Shown: positions 51,765 to 53,011 of the stretch, in pieces
How the letters are laid out: each line of letters starts with the position of its first letter
How positions within the stretch are numbered: the stretch's first letter is position 1
DNA from: Paecilomyces variotii
Taxonomy: Eukaryota
NCBI GenBank assembly: GCA_004022145.1
Contig: RCNU01000031.1
Reading direction: 5' to 3' (one strand)
Length of the DNA: 53,011 nt
Notes under the pieces: generated by a model
Seen by the model: only the letters and a program-made list of their open reading frames with translations
Databases searched by the model: none
What the model was told of the DNA's origin: nothing
Position numbers and translations under genes: made by a program

Positions 51765-53011
51765 TATTATAAAATAGCAGTTAAAACTAGTAGATTTTAA
51801 TATAATAAAGATTTTACTTTAAGAAAATCTTTAGGAATAATTTTATTTTAGTAAAATTAGGCAGCTTAAAGAAACTACTTCTTAAATTCTTTATAAAATC
51901 TATTACTCTAACTAAAAATATATAGATATATATTTTATATCTATTATATATGCTAATACTCTTTTTTCTTAAATATTATTAGCCCTTTAAGCTATTAAAT
52001 TAATCTAGGAAATTCTATTTAAATCTATTTTTTTTAACTAGTTATAAGCCTAAGTTTATAATAATTTAGGAGAAATAGCTATATAATAAAAACTTTTTTA
52101 TTCTAAATATTTAAGTTTAAACTAGTAATAATAAGCTATTTTTATATAAGAGAATCTATAATAAGACTATTTAATATTATATTAAATACTAAATCTAATA
52201 AGGGTTAAATCTTATTAAAGGTTAAAATATTAATCTACTATTATTATATTCTTAATAAATAGTATTAAAAATAAAAAAAAATTTATTTTTATCTTTTTAA
52301 AAAAGAATTATAAGAAATAGTTTATTTATATAAAAAGATAGTTTATTAATAAAGATTATTAGAGAGTTATTAAATTTATTAAAAGGCTAAATAATAATTA
52401 ATTTAATAAGGCTAATATAGTTATTTAATACTAGATTATTAAATATTTATTTAAAGATAATTAAGATAGATTTATTAACTTTAATAATATATATATATTA
52501 TAAGAGGTTCTGCGAGTAAAATATATAAAAACTCTTTTTAATTAAAAGCACTAACTTATTTAGTTATTTATATATTTTTAAATAATTTCTAAATAAATAA
52601 TCTTAGATACTTAGATTTAATTATAATAGATAAAAAAGAGAATTATAATATTTAATAGTATAATATCTTTTTTAATTAAGCTTAAAATTAAAATATAATA
52701 ATTATTTTAATATTATTTAAAGAATATATTATAATTAGGGCAATAATTAATATATATAAAAATTTAAAAATAGATAATATTCTAGCTATTTTAAAAGAAA
52801 TAGAGACTTAATTTTAAATAAAACTAATTATTATATTCTTAATAAAAAATAAGTAAATTCTTATTAAATATTATATTTATAAGGAAGATTATTATATTAA
52901 AAATTACTTATTTCTATTTATTATTTAAAAAGTATAAGAGATAATTAAAGATAGAGAAAGAAGTCTCTTAAATAAATATTTAATAATCTTATTATTTAAG
53001 ATAAGATAATA
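51765..53011. other. Unidentified heavily RIP-mutated sequence truncating the second Copia
   Basis: Abrupt loss of Copia homology at ~51764. I saw no match elsewhere in the window and recognised no motif. Confidence 0.3.

Larger units (their letters stand above)
1..53011. other. RIP-degenerated, AT-rich transposon cluster (ascomycete heterochromatin-like block)
   Basis: Pervasive TA dinucleotides with near absence of CA/TG and most CG. Paralogous copies in the window (e.g. LTRs 25585/30427/49550) differ almost only by C>T and G>A. Coding relics are riddled with TAA/TAG. This pattern is the established signature of RIP. Confidence 0.93.

Noticed and set aside
51765-52000. Possible new LTR starting TATTAT (from TGTTA) at the Copia breakpoint
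   Set aside because: No second copy, PBS or TSD is visible in the window, so it cannot be supported.
1-53011. Organellar, Plasmodium-like or AT-rich bacterial origin, or an alternative genetic code reading TAA/TAG
   Set aside because: Directional C>T/G>A differences between paralogs and recognisable fungal-type retrotransposon motifs explain both the composition and the stops.

Overview
This window is an extremely AT-rich block made almost entirely of nested, dead transposable elements. It carries the signature of fungal repeat-induced point mutation (RIP): TpA is everywhere, CpA/TpG and most CpG are gone, and repeat copies differ almost only by C>T/G>A. That points to a filamentous ascomycete heterochromatic or AT-isochore region. 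I found no intact gene; the one supplied ORF is an antisense artefact. Resolved elements are: (i) five copies or fragments of one chromodomain Ty3/Gypsy family with ~165-bp LTRs, three of them stacked 5' halves; (ii) a 9.9-kb Gypsy with 323-bp LTRs (6624-16519) carrying ~3 kb of extra coding-like DNA between integrase and the PPT; (iii) a 5-kb Ty1/Copia with non-canonical LTR ends plus a second truncated copy, each nested in the same Gypsy family; (iv) a 3-kb gag-protease-only LTR element; (v) four ~430-bp ACGT-ended MITEs and one ~295-bp MITE; and (vi) a ~9-kb multi-ORF host sequence (21935-45546, split by insertions) that I could not assign to a known TE class. The best candidates for something undescribed are the extra ORF in the 9.9-kb Gypsy and the unidentified host. 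Protein motifs are read by mentally reversing RIP, and internal domain coordinates are approximate.
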